In this document: piece after piece, positions 52,516 to 64,000 of the stretch
Numbering within the stretch: position 1 is the first letter of the stretch
Layout of the letters: every line of letters begins with the position of its first letter
NCBI RefSeq assembly: GCF_006345805.1
Contig: NC_043010.1
Span: 14,694,001 to 14,758,000, forward strand
Direction of reading: 5' to 3'
DNA from: Octopus sinensis
Lineage: Eukaryota
DNA length: 64,000 nt
Position numbers and translations under genes: made by a program
Notes under the pieces: generated by a model
Databases searched by the model: none
Told to the model about the DNA's origin: nothing
Seen by the model: the letters and a program-made list of their open reading frames with translations, nothing else

Positions 52516-52814
52516 TACACACACACACAGTAAGAAAGAAATAATAAGTAGAAAATAGGTATGATATTGAAAGTTTTATAGGACATATACGCGTTTAGTA
52601 AAATACTGCAATAATTACTTAACAAGTAGAGACTTTATGCAATTATCAGTGACCCGCTCATCTGAAATTGCGAAGATAATCTGGTACTTGACTGAGAAAA
52701 GAAAACTTCGATTGACTCGTCCTTGTTTTCTTTGTATCGTCTATCTGGATATTTTATTGTGCCATTTTGGGTTGCCTAACTGTCTGGATGTTTTGCGTTC
52801 TTGTCTTTGTTTTT

Positions 52815-52962
52815 TTCTCTCCTTGTTTTTTCTGTGTCACTTTCTGTAGAAGAGAGTAGGCTCGAGACGTAAAAGACTTTTTCTATTCTTGAGCGTTATA
52901 CTAATACATCTGTTTGTTTTGTACACCACCTGTCTTCGTCTTTTGTTTGTTTCATAAACTCT

Positions 52963-52965
<3 letters not shown>
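52815..52965 (+). mobile_element. Hammerhead-bearing repeat family P2 (GAAA mutated to GAGA)
   Basis: Homology to 16953 and 38420; ends in (TA)n. Confidence 0.65.
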
Positions 52966-53000
<35 letters not shown>

Positions 53001-53430
53001 CGATCTATGTTAAAGTAAGCTCTGAATATATGCACTTTTCCCCCGTTGTGTAAATTATCAAACCTTGCAGGCCACGTAAATAGCTGACAAAGTATAAGAT
53101 CCAGGAAGTGAGAGCAACGACACACCTCAATCAAAGTCAAAAACATAAGAGACAGAAGAAGAAGGGAGTGATTAAAGATGAAGACAGAGGAGCTACATCG
53201 AGAGCTCATTCGGCGATCAACTAGGTAGGGATAGCCAGTAAGAAATGAATACATGCCCGAAAACCACATACAGACTCAAGCGCACGCGCACATAGACACA
53301 CAAATGCACAAACACACACACACAAATGCTCACACGCTCTCTCTCTCTCTTACCCACAAACGTACACACATTTATACGCATCCACATTTACAAGTAGCAC
53401 ATGCGAACATACACAGGTTAGCACAAATAA

Positions 53431-53846
53431 AGGCGGCGAGCTGGCAGAAACGTTAGCGTGCCGGGCGAAATGCTTAACGGTATTTTGCCAGCCGCTACGT
53501 TCTGAGTTCAAATTCCGCCGAGGTCAACTTTGCCTTTCATCATTTCGGGGTCGATTAAATAAGCACCAGTTACGCACTGGGGTCGATATAATCGACTTCA
53601 TCCGTATGTCTGTCCTTGTTTGTCCCCTCTATGTTTAGTCCCTTGTGGGTAGTAAAGAAATAGGTATTTCGTCTGCCGCTCTGTTCAAAGTTCAAATTCC
53701 GCCGAGGTTGACTTTGCCTTTCATCCTTTCGGGGTCGATTAAATAAGTATCAGTTACGAACTGGGGTCGATGAAATCGACTTCATCCGTATGTCTGTCCT
53801 TGTTTGTCCCCTCTGTGTTTAGCCCCTTGTCGATAGTAAAGAAATA
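53431..53846 (+). mobile_element. SINE family C dimer
   Basis: Junction GAAATAGGTATTTC at 53657..53670; single TSD ACAAATAA at 53423..53430 and 53847..53854. Confidence 0.9.
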
Positions 53847-53890
53847 ACAAATAAGTGCATTAATACACGCACATATTCACTAAAATATCA

Positions 53891-53936
<46 letters not shown>

Positions 53937-54317
53937 GACACATACACATAATACACTTGTATGCTGATACACACACACACACACATACGTATATAGTATA
54001 TTTACTTTTACAAACAGATATGTAATCGAGCTTTTCTTAAACTCTTCTGTTTTCCAAAGGTTTCGTGGATATATCTTCAAGTTATCGGATACAGGATATA
54101 TTTGATACGGTGTTCTCAATCGTGGTTCATATGACCCCCGGAGGTCAATAGAAGATTTTTAGGAGTTCACACTAGCAAGATATGGAATTGGATATTCACA
54201 GTATTATTTTGAGGGTCCTTGAAAAGTTTTGATTTACATGTGTGTTGGTATAGATTGCAAGAAACGCTTAAGTTTCTTTCTCTAACATTTTATATAGTTC
54301 AAACTACGAAAGTGAAA

Positions 54318-54491
54318 ACGGATTAAGTCGGTTATATCGACCCCAGTGCGTAACTGGTACTTAATTTATCGACCCCGAAAGGATGAAAGGCAAAGTCGAC
54401 CTCGGTGGAATTTGAACTCAGAACGTAGCGACAGACAAAATGCCGCTAAGTATTTCGCCCGGTGTGCTAACGTTTCTGCCAGCTCGCCGCC
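54318..54491 (-). mobile_element. SINE family C, tail missing
   Basis: Homology. Confidence 0.8.
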
Positions 54492-55083
54492 CTAAGTCAA
54501 TTTTTGTAAGTCAATTCTTGTATGAAAGATGAGTGACGAGAGAATTCCAGAGGGACAAACAAAATAGGAATTTTGAAAGAAGCGTCTACAAAACTAGTTT
54601 TAAATATCGAATGGCTGTGGGGTCCACCAGAATAGAACAGTAACAAAGGCGTCCATAGATAAAAAAAAAACAAAAAAAAAACAGTTGAGAATTCTTAAGT
54701 TCTGAATTCGAATTGTACCAAGGTCAAATTTGGTTTTCAACCTTTCATGCTTCTTTCTTCTATTTGTTCGGTCTGAAGGGAGGCTCAGTTATTTCGCTGT
54801 CCTACCAAGGTTAGTAGGATTGCTGTCGTTAATTTTTTTGTTTAAACCTCTTTATGTCATATCTTACTTGAAATACACAGCGTATTTTGCGAGAAAATAA
54901 TGAAGAATTTATTAAAACTATTAAACAGTCATCAAGCTGATGCTTGGACTGTAATTTAGCATGAAATTTTGATGAACGGTTTTAATTTAGAAACTATTAA
55001 AACAGGAAGTTTGTATCAAAGAAGTAAGGACGATTTTAGGTGGGTTGGTATTAAAAGAGTTAAACTTTTGTAAGTCAATTCTT

Positions 55084-55682
55084 ATTTCTTTATTGCCCAC
55101 AAGGAGTTAAACATAGAGGGGAAAAACAATGACAGACAAAGGGATTACGTCGATTACATCGACCCCAGTGCGTAACTGGTACTTAATTTATCGACCCCGA
55201 AAGGATGAAAGGTAAAGTCAACCTCGGCGGAATTTGAACTCAGAACGTAGTGACAGACGAAATACCTATTTCTTTACTACCCACAAGGGGCTAAACACAG
55301 AGAGGACAAACAAGGACAGACAAACGGATTAAGTCGATTACATCTACCCCAGTGCGTAACTGGTACTTAATTTATCGACCCCGAAAGGATGAAAGGTAAA
55401 GTGAACCTCGGCGGAATTTGAACTCAGAACGTAGCGGCAGACGAAATACCTATTTCTTTACTGCCCACAAGGGGCTAAACACAGAGAGGACAAACAAGGA
55501 CAGACAAAGGGACTAAGTCGGTTATATCGACTCCAGTGCGTAACTGGTACTTAATTTATCGACCCCGAAATGATGAAAGGCAAAGTCGACCTCGGTGGAA
55601 TTTGAACTCAGAACGTAGCGACAGACGAAATACTGCCAAACATTTCGCCCGGCGTGCTAACGTTTCTGCCAGCTCGCCGGCC
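55084..55682 (-). mobile_element. SINE family C trimer
   Basis: Junctions at 55259 and 55443 (184-bp period); single TSD TAAGT(C/G)AATTCTT at 55071..55083 and 55683..55695. Confidence 0.9.
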
Positions 55683-56440
55683 TAAGTGAATTCTTGTATG
55701 AAAGATGAATAACGAGAGAATTCCAGAGGGACGATGTCCCAGAGAAGAAGGCCTGGGTATTGGATACCTCATAAATGATGAGTGAAGGAGAGAGTAGTCA
55801 TTGGCAGTGCATGAGTGGATGGGGCATAATTCTAGAAAACTCCGAGGAACAGGTACAATACAGTAGCGAGAAAAGATAGAGAAAGATTACAGGATGCTTG
55901 TGGAACAAAGAGAGGAACGTTCCAGTGAATGATTTTATGCTAATCAGTTAGCAGCCTATGTCAGGATGTGGGCTATGACGTATCATCCTGTATGCGGGGA
56001 CAATACTCCATTGTGACATCATTTTGAGATTTTTGTGCGTCAGCAGTTGTTGGATCTGAAGCCTGATCTTGCTCTGAAGAAAAGGGTTTCCTTTGGTATA
56101 TGACTCTGGCTATATTGAGGATGTGCTTCGCCAGCAGAGATCTTCAGTGTTAGTAAAGCCTAAAACTGGAGTGACCGTGTGGGCTCTGGTTGAATGCTGT
56201 TTACGTGTAAGCGTGGTGTGGTGCGATGACGTTTTGAGCAGTCTCTGAGATTGTATTTTCGGTTGAAAGAGACAGGGTAAGCATATAAACATATAAACCA
56301 TTACAAGTTAGAATAATCATCAAACAATGTTTTATGGTGTGTCTATTTACTTCTGTCATGTCTGTGTGCACGCCCTGTGTGGTTGCGTATGTATACGATT
56401 GTACTTATGTGTGGTTGTGTGCATATGTACATTTATGTGT

Positions 56441-56475
<35 letters not shown>

Positions 56476-56620
56476 TATATGTACGCATGATTGCAGGCAT
56501 ATGCATATTTGTTCAGATGCACGTGTATATATGTGTGTGTGTGTGTCTGTGTTTATCTTGTGCATTTATGCTTATGAATGTATACGTATATATTTAGATA
56601 TATAATTACGTGCATACACA

Positions 56621-56656
<36 letters not shown>

Positions 56657-56979
56657 TGCATATAAATACACACACACACACACACACCACACACACACAC
56701 ACACATATGTATATATATATATATATATCCCCATTGGAAGATGTTTTCGAGGTTTTCGATCACGTTATCGATGCAGGTTTGGCGTATGGTGTCTAGTTTA
56801 CGTGCGGATGATGCGTGTTTGGAGAGGGTTAAAAAGGAATAAAGATTGTATCGTGTGCGTATGAGTGAGCGGATCTTGGCTATTACAGTAAATAGGTCAC
56901 TGATGTATAGAAGGAAGAGAAGTGGGGAAAAACATCCTAAATCCTGGTGTAGACTAAAGGTTATTTAAAAAAAAAAATT

Positions 56980-57206
56980 TTTTTTATTGCCCACAAGGGG
57001 CTAAACATAGAGGGGACAAACAAGGACAGACAAACGGATTAAGTCAATTGCACCGACTCCAGTGTGTAACGGGTACTTAATTTATCGACCCCGAAAGGAT
57101 GAAAGGTAAAGTCGACCTCGGCGTAATTTGAACTCAGAACGTAACGGCAGACGAAATACCGCAAAGCATTTCGTCCGGCGTGCTCACGTTTCTGCCAGCT
57201 CGCCGC
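56980..57206 (-). mobile_element. SINE family C monomer
   Basis: Homology. Confidence 0.85.
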
Positions 57207-57588
57207 GGCGATAGAAAATAGCTGCGTTAACACACGCCGCGATACTGTGGTCTGAAAGTAAGCTACTGATTCAAAATATATGAAATTGATGGATGCTGTA
57301 AGCGGCAAGGCTCGTATGCCAGACATGACGTAAATCTTTACTTCTGTATATTCACGGCAATAGCTTTTCACTTTTACTGAATTTCTCTAAGGAGAGAATC
57401 CGCTGGAGAGTAGTGAAATAAAAGTTAATTTCGAGTGACTTTGATAGTACGGAAGCCGTGCTTGTAGACACCGAGGAGGGAAAATATTCTAGGTGAAGAA
57501 CATTATTAGTGATGGCGGTCTTCATCAACTTTACGATACTGAAAGAGGATGCTGAAGTGTTGTCCTAGCTGTAATTGAATAAGATACA

Positions 57589-57927
57589 CTTACTTGTACT
57601 TGTGACGGCGTTCACCCAGTGCGGGTTGAGCCGGCTTCTTCTCTCATAGAAGAGGTTTCGTGGGAATATTGAATTCACAAGCGGTCCCCGACATTCCGCA
57701 TGCATATCCCGAGTGACAGGACGCCCTGTTTGCCGCGGAGTCTCCACAAACGCAGGGACAGAACGACCTCGAAGCCGCCGGTTGCCGATCAGACGCCTCT
57801 TGGAATTTTCACCAGAGCCCCGTTGGCCAGGCTGCGGCCCTAATACCGCTCGGTGCCAGACCAATCCGCCTTGGGTGGCCCTATCAGGGACCGAAGTTCC
57901 CGACGGCATAGCTCTGACACTGCCCGT
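57589..57927 (-). mobile_element. GC-rich dispersed repeat (family E), SINE-like, unclassified
   Basis: Homologous to 60670..61034; AAGT-type short repeats at the 3' end of the minus strand. Confidence 0.7.
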
Positions 57928-58589
57928 ATACACCACCCTTTCAGGAGGGGTTGTACTTTAGGGTAGTAATTCACCGCAGTTAATTCAATCAACCCAAACT
58001 CTTTCATACAAGATGAGTAGTGAGTAGACGCAAACAAGTAAAATTCTACCGCACATTCTTTTAACTGCAGACATATCGCGAATGATACAAGAAAACTTCC
58101 AACACAGAGAAAGCCGTGAGTGAGAGGTGTGAATATAACAACCTAACACTCGGCCTGGATAGCACCGCTGATTCTTAGTATGATTTCTTTATTTTTATTT
58201 TTACATTGGAACTGTTGTCGTGTCTCTCTAAGTTTCGAGTTTAAGTTCATCGGTTTAAACATCAATTTTAAATTTCCACTTTCCAGTTAATTAATAAAGA
58301 AGAAATGATTAAAATGATTATTCGCCGTCTCCATTCTCATTAAGATTGATTTTATATATTCTTTTGCCAGACTGACTAAATATATTCTTCCAAAGCATTT
58401 CTATAGTACTTTATCATAAAAGTCAGTTTTTTAATTTTTTGTTACTTTCGTTTTCTTGTGAGCATATATGCACAGACATGACTGAAGTAAATAGACACCC
58501 TTATAATCATTAAAATTTATTGAAATCTGAAATTCTACATTTAAATTATTTATTAATTGTTATAATGTAAATATTTGATATTTAGCAGA

Positions 58590-58865
58590 CATGCCCTATG
58601 CATTTTTCAATGCAAAGACCCTATTAGGTATGTTACTGATCAGATTACGAATATTCTCTTGAGGAGAATCTCAAAAGATCTGGCTTTGAAGACGCTTTCT
58701 TGTTCTTTTTATGAAGTGTTCTGTCCATTATGCCACAGAGACATTCAATAGGGTTCCTATCTGGTGACTGGCTTGGCCAGGGAAGCTTTTTAAGGCCATT
58801 CACATCCAACAAATCTTGTGTCATTTTAGCCGTGTGACAAGAAGCTCCATCTTCCACAAATAGTT
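58590..58865 (-). pseudogene. Tc1 DD34E transposase C-terminal fragment
   Basis: EDGASCHTA...WPSQSPDRNPIE with 34 residues between D and E. Confidence 0.8.
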
Positions 58866-59526
58866 TTCTTTAATCACGAAGAAGAAAATATTTCCGGTGG
58901 AGACTTGGTGGAGGAAGGTGCTGTTGTCCTTTTACTTCTTTTATCAATTTTGGTATTTAAAACATTAAGTTGCATTTAATTAATTAGAAATAAAAAATGC
59001 TCCACTAATTTACCGTGCCATAATTCACTTGTGATGAGTGTAACTTTAACCATGAATATGAACATAGTGTAAGTATCAGCTGTATGTACCATATTTCGGT
59101 AGGTAGTGGCATGGCGGTACCGAGTAGATAGATATGCTACCGGTGATAATATTACATAATTATCAGATATAAATTAATTTCTCTCAGCTTGTCTGTTAAG
59201 CTTGATGGGTACACGTAAAAAAGTAAGCGAAAATATTTATAAAAGCTACGCGGTCTGGTTTATGGATTTTGTTATTTACTAGGACCTGACTTTTGATGCA
59301 TAGAATTGGTAATATTACTGTAATTCAGAGCCAATTTGCTTTTACTCGTTTAAAGATTAGTTGGGGTTCTGCTGCTGACGCAATACTTCGGATTCTAGCT
59401 TGGATTTCAGTCCCTCAGAGGTAGTATCCATGTAATAGTTGACCCCATAAATTTGAGCTTAAAAAATGGTCTAAAAAATTCGGATTTTTGCACGAGTATA
59501 TAAGTTATATATATAGTTAATCCAAA

Positions 59527-59702
59527 CATGAAAGCACAAAAAAACACAACAACGCGAGGACGTGGAACAAATATAGTATTATTGGACGCTCAGGAAAGAA
59601 GGAGGGTTTAACGTTTCGAGCGGAGCTCTTCGTCGGAAACATAGGAGAAGGAAAGATCCAGAGAAGGGAAGACAGAGAAAAAAATCGCCAACGGTACACA
59701 CG

Positions 59703-59704
<2 letters not shown>
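59527..59704 (-). mobile_element. Hammerhead-bearing dispersed repeat (family P1)
   Basis: Minus 59640..59606: GUUU CCGACGA a GAGC ucc GCUC GAAA CG UU AAAC; abuts (TA)n. Confidence 0.72.
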
Positions 59705-59735
<31 letters not shown>

Positions 59736-60669
59736 AATTACATATAATTATATATGTAAATATTGCTCTCGGTATTAAGCCATTCAATATTGTTTACTGA
59801 GTTTCAGCGAAAAGGTTACACGACTGACGTATTTTATTACCTTAATCTTCTGGCCATTACAACAAGAAAAATACGAAAGATAACCACTGACTTCTAATAT
59901 AGAATACACTGCCTCACCCCAACGATTCAATATTTTATGGAGATTTTAGCAATTTAAAATTAACAGTGCGATGACTAGGCTACAGATAAATAACGAGTAA
60001 ACCCTGCTCTGAGTAAAGAGAGTACCTTTGGTGTCTAGTAGACTGCTCCCTGTTTGGTCGGGTGAACATGTATCGCTGGCATTCACTCATCCCGTTAATC
60101 TTTCATGTGCTAGTTCCAAGTGCAACACCCCAGTACATCCCCTCAGCTACCCGGCTAAACCACATGAGGGGGTATCGTTGATACTGCACTACTTGACGGG
60201 TGGAGAAACTGCGGCAATGGCCATTGGCCAGGGCAGAGTAATCTCAGGAAGATTAACGACCAAGTGTCCTTGACTGAAAACGAAACAAACATTAGCTCGT
60301 GGACCTTGCCTAGCGGTTAATAGCGACTACTCCACCTGACAGTCTGCTTTCTAAGTGTGAATGATTAGGCTTCCAATTAGCTTCTGTTCCCTGAAAAAAC
60401 CCCGAGCTACGAAAACAATTCAAAGTGTAAAAGCACCGCAACAGCTGTTTCCTGTTTAGCTGTTTCTACAGTATAAAGGTGGATGGTGATGAATCCTGCT
60501 GGTGTACTTTGACTGACTCCTGTGTCGCCCGACACAAGAACAGCTAAGTAAGCAGACCAGCCAGCGGTTTTAACATCCCCGTGTAGTCACGCTTGAATTT
60601 AGCGGAGTTCACTCTGTTGAAGGCATTCAAAAGTTATCCCCGGTTTAAGGAACGCTTTCTTCTCTTTGT

Positions 60670-61034
60670 ACTTACTTTTACTTGTGGCGACACTCAACCC
60701 TGGGCGGGTTGAGCCGGCTTCTTCCACCACCCTCGAGACATTGTATTCGCCATTGAGAATTCATGGAAGAAGTTTCGTGGGAATATGTGGATTTCACAAG
60801 CGATCCCCAACAATCCCGCATGTAGAGACATCCTGTTTGCCGCAGATTGTTCTCAGACGCAGGGGCAGAACGACCGAGGAGCTGCCGGTTGCCGAAACAG
60901 ACACTCCGAGGATTTTCACCAGAGCCCCGTCTGCCGGGTTGTGGCCCTAATACCACTCGGTGTCAGATCAATCTGTCTTGGGTGGCCCTACCAGGAACCG
61001 AAGTTCCCGACGCAATAGCTCTGACACTACCCGT
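60670..61034 (-). mobile_element. GC-rich dispersed repeat (family E), second copy
   Basis: Homologous to 57589..57927. Confidence 0.7.
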
Positions 61035-61507
61035 TGCCAGCGTCTCCACCACGGTGAGGAGGGGATGGACTTTGGGGACGCTTTCTTCTCTTTGTTCTTT
61101 CCTCGCCGTGAAAGCCATGGAAAGATTCATGAGCATTGTTCCTTCTCTTCTGATTAATCCAAAAATATCTGATTTAAGATTTAAACATCAGACATTCCAC
61201 CACTATTGCTATGAGAAATAATGAATGACATTCGATGGTAATCAGTAATTGAAATATAGTCGTCCAATGACTAAATTAATCGTAAAAAGAAAACAAATAT
61301 ATTTTTAATAAAAATAACCCTTTCAAGGATTACAGAGATTTAGTCCAAAATATAAATTGTCCGATAATATTGATTTTGACACAAAAACATACAAATGTTG
61401 GGAGAAGGTTTTCGTTGATTAAATCGATTGCAGTGCTTGGATTGTAATTGATATTATCGAGCCTGAGAAGAGAAGTGAACTTAATATATAAAATACATAG
61501 AACGTAT

Positions 61508-61919
61508 GGAATGGCTGTGTGGTAAGTAGCTTGCTAACCAACCACATGGTTCCGGGTTCAGTCCCACTGCGTGGCATCTTGGGCAAGTGTCTTCTGCTAT
61601 AGCCCCGGGCCGACCAATGCCTTGTGAGTGGATTTGGTAGACGGAAACTGAAAGAAGCCTGTCGTATATGTGTGTATATATATATATGTCTGTGTGTATG
61701 TGTTTGTGTGTCTGTGTTTGTCCCCCTAGCATTGCTTGACAACCGATGCTGGTGTGTTTACGTCCCCGTCACTTAGCGGTTCGACAAAAGAGACCGATAG
61801 AATAAGTACTGGGCTTACAAAGAATAAGTCCCGGGGTCGATTTGCTCGACTAAAGGCGGTGCCCCAGCATGGCCGCAGTCAAATGACTGAAACAGGTAAA
61901 AGAGTAAAAGAGTAAAGAG
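61508..61919 (+). mobile_element. SINE family B
   Basis: Homology; GTAAAAGA tail. Confidence 0.88.
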
Positions 61920-62103
61920 AGTATAGAATGTTATTACCTAAGGAGCGCAAAACAGAAAAGGGGCAATACATTTCCATACAAAAATAAGCAAAAAAAAAAA
62001 AAAATTAATATGCATTACTGGGGCCGCTCAAGTCGAACAGATACTCAGTACAGCTTTGCACGAAAATAAAGGAGAATATAAAGAAGCAGTTATTTATTTT
62101 TTA

Positions 62104-62412
62104 TTTATGCACCCTTTTCAAGCCTAGCCAGGCTCATGGGCCCAGTTTGCCGGTTTCTATGGCGTATGTGTCTCCCCCCAGCTGGACGGGACGCCAGTCC
62201 ATCGCAGCGTTACTCAAGAAACAGGAAGAAAGAGTGAAAGAAATTTGGGGCGAAAGAGTATAATATGGGTTGCCACCACCCCCTGCCGGAGCCTCGTGGA
62301 GCTTCAGGTGTTTTCGCTCAATAAACACACACAACGCCCGGTTTGGGAATCGAAACCGCGATCCTCCGACCGCGAGTCCGCTGCCCTAACCATTTGGCCA
62401 TTGCGCCCTCAC
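62104..62412 (-). mobile_element. SINE family A head with a third type of 3' module
   Basis: Shared head to CTTCCTGTTTCTTG, then GCGATGGACTGGCGTCCCGTCCAG (V-domain-like). Confidence 0.78.
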
Positions 62413-62680
62413 ATAAAGAAGCATAAAAAAAATCAAAAGTGTATATTTAAAAGATTATACGATTATGAGGCCAGAGTTTACTCGGATTTCCAAAACGTTT
62501 AGGCTGAGCGGTACAACACTTCGTCTGTTTTTTGGCCCTATTCCATCGCTGTCCTTCGCATCCCAGCAAATGCCCCTGTTTTTCGTGCAATGTTAAATGA
62601 ATTATCTTTCTCAAGAATGCATTGCACTGCTCGATCCGAGAAACAAGAACACGTGACCTAGCGATCGAGAACCCAATACC

Positions 62681-62911
62681 TATTTCTTTACTACCCACAA
62701 GGGGCTGAATACAGAGAGGACAAACAAGGACAGACAAACGGACTAAGTCGATTATATCGACCCCAGTGCATGACTGGTATCTAATTTATCGACCCCAAAA
62801 GGATGAAAGGCAAAGTCGACCCCGGCGTAATTTGAACTCAGAACTTAACGGCAGACGAAATACCTCTCAGCATTTCGCCCGGCGTGCTAACACTTCTGCC
62901 AGCTCGCCGCC
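62681..62911 (-). mobile_element. SINE family C monomer
   Basis: Homology; degenerate TSD CGAGAACCCAATACC / CGAGAATCTAATCCC. Confidence 0.85.
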
Positions 62912-63224
62912 TTACGAGAATCTAATCCCATTCGCCACTCGGCTATGTACATTCATTCACCGAAAGCATTTAGGGTGGAATGAGACAATTGGGGTGCGGG
63001 CTGTTTGAACTCTGACGATCTGGCACGGTCCACTGGATATTCGGTCTGTTTTGGTAACAACCATTTTTGATTCTGGAGGTAAACACACACACACACACAC
63101 CACACACACACACACGCACACACACACACACACAACACACACACACACAACACACACAAACACACACACATATACACACACACAAACACATACACAAACA
63201 CACAACACACACACACACACAAAC

Positions 63225-63272
<48 letters not shown>

Positions 63273-63343
63273 AGTGATTTGTGTTGTTAAAATTTATGTA
63301 AAATAAGTAATTTTTGTTGTTAAAATTTATGTGAAATAAGTGA

Positions 63344-63374
<31 letters not shown>

Positions 63375-64000
63375 GAAATACACACGCAGATACAAAAAAT
63401 GAAAGAAATCGTAAGAGAAAAAGCGGCATGGCAATTTTTTACTTGAGCACACCTGACATAAACACTTTTTCTCTCATCATAGACATAGAGCTATCCTCAC
63501 ACACATACATAAACAGGGCGAAAGAGACACAAAGAGAAAGAACAGAGAGAGAGAGAGAGGAGAGGAAGGAAAGGAGCGAGGGAGGGAGAGAGAGAACGAG
63601 AGAAAACGTTAAAAATGCCTGGTGTCAAATAAGTTAATGTCGAGCCAGCGACACCAAAAGAGGCGACGGCCAAAACGTCTGTGTCCATATGTCTCATAAA
63701 ATCTTGGAGATGTATTTGATCTGTTGCAGGTATGGCGAATTCGCCAAATCGTTAGAAAATTCTGAGAAAAGCGCTTTTACGGTATTTAGTTACAACCCTT
63801 TAATTACTTCGTTCGAATGTTCGTTCGAGGGTAGGAAGACTCCGCCTTCCATTCTTCTGGAACGGTGGCCTGGGGTGGGTGTGATATCAAATTTACTATC
63901 AAGCAACTGGTGTCAATTTAATCAATTAAACCTTCCCACTACATAAAATCTGTAGCATTGTGTTAATGTTGAAGATCAAAAGATTTTAATTGATGTTGTT

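Noticed and set aside
55720-55900. Possible CR1/L2 RT C-terminus on the minus strand (AFFSGTSSLWNS)
   Set aside because: One weak motif among stops; insufficient
63689-63946. 85-aa ORF or possible exon near the window end
   Set aside because: No recognisable domain; unique-looking sequence but nothing testable within the window

Overview
Eukaryotic, very repeat-rich genomic DNA, most likely from an octopus or other coleoid cephalopod (inferred from the SINE families, the microsatellite load and the mollusc-type amine receptor). One host gene is clearly supported: an intronless class A biogenic-amine GPCR (45454..46437, +), closest in character to beta-adrenergic-like octopamine receptors. 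Everything else recognisable is mobile or repetitive. This includes a 5'-truncated Penelope-like retroelement (RT plus GIY-YIG), decayed Tc1/mariner elements (two DD37D/maT, two DD41D-type, one DD34E, one mariner MITE), a non-autonomous Helitron and several MITEs. There are also R4-, Tx1- and RTE-type LINE fragments, four tRNA-type SINE families, two minisatellite arrays, a U2 snRNA fragment and many microsatellites. Almost all ORFs in the supplied track are microsatellite artefacts. The most interesting unannotated layer is RNA structure. About a dozen type I hammerhead-ribozyme-like motifs can be folded by eye, including one at the apex of a ~326-bp palindrome and a dispersed ~190-nt family with variant cores. 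A ~150-bp-arm hairpin lies just downstream of the GPCR stop codon. SINE concatemers with an identical junction sit inside single TSDs, and a GC-rich repeat shows a covarying pseudoknot. All folds and family assignments were made by eye; no database search or folding program was run.
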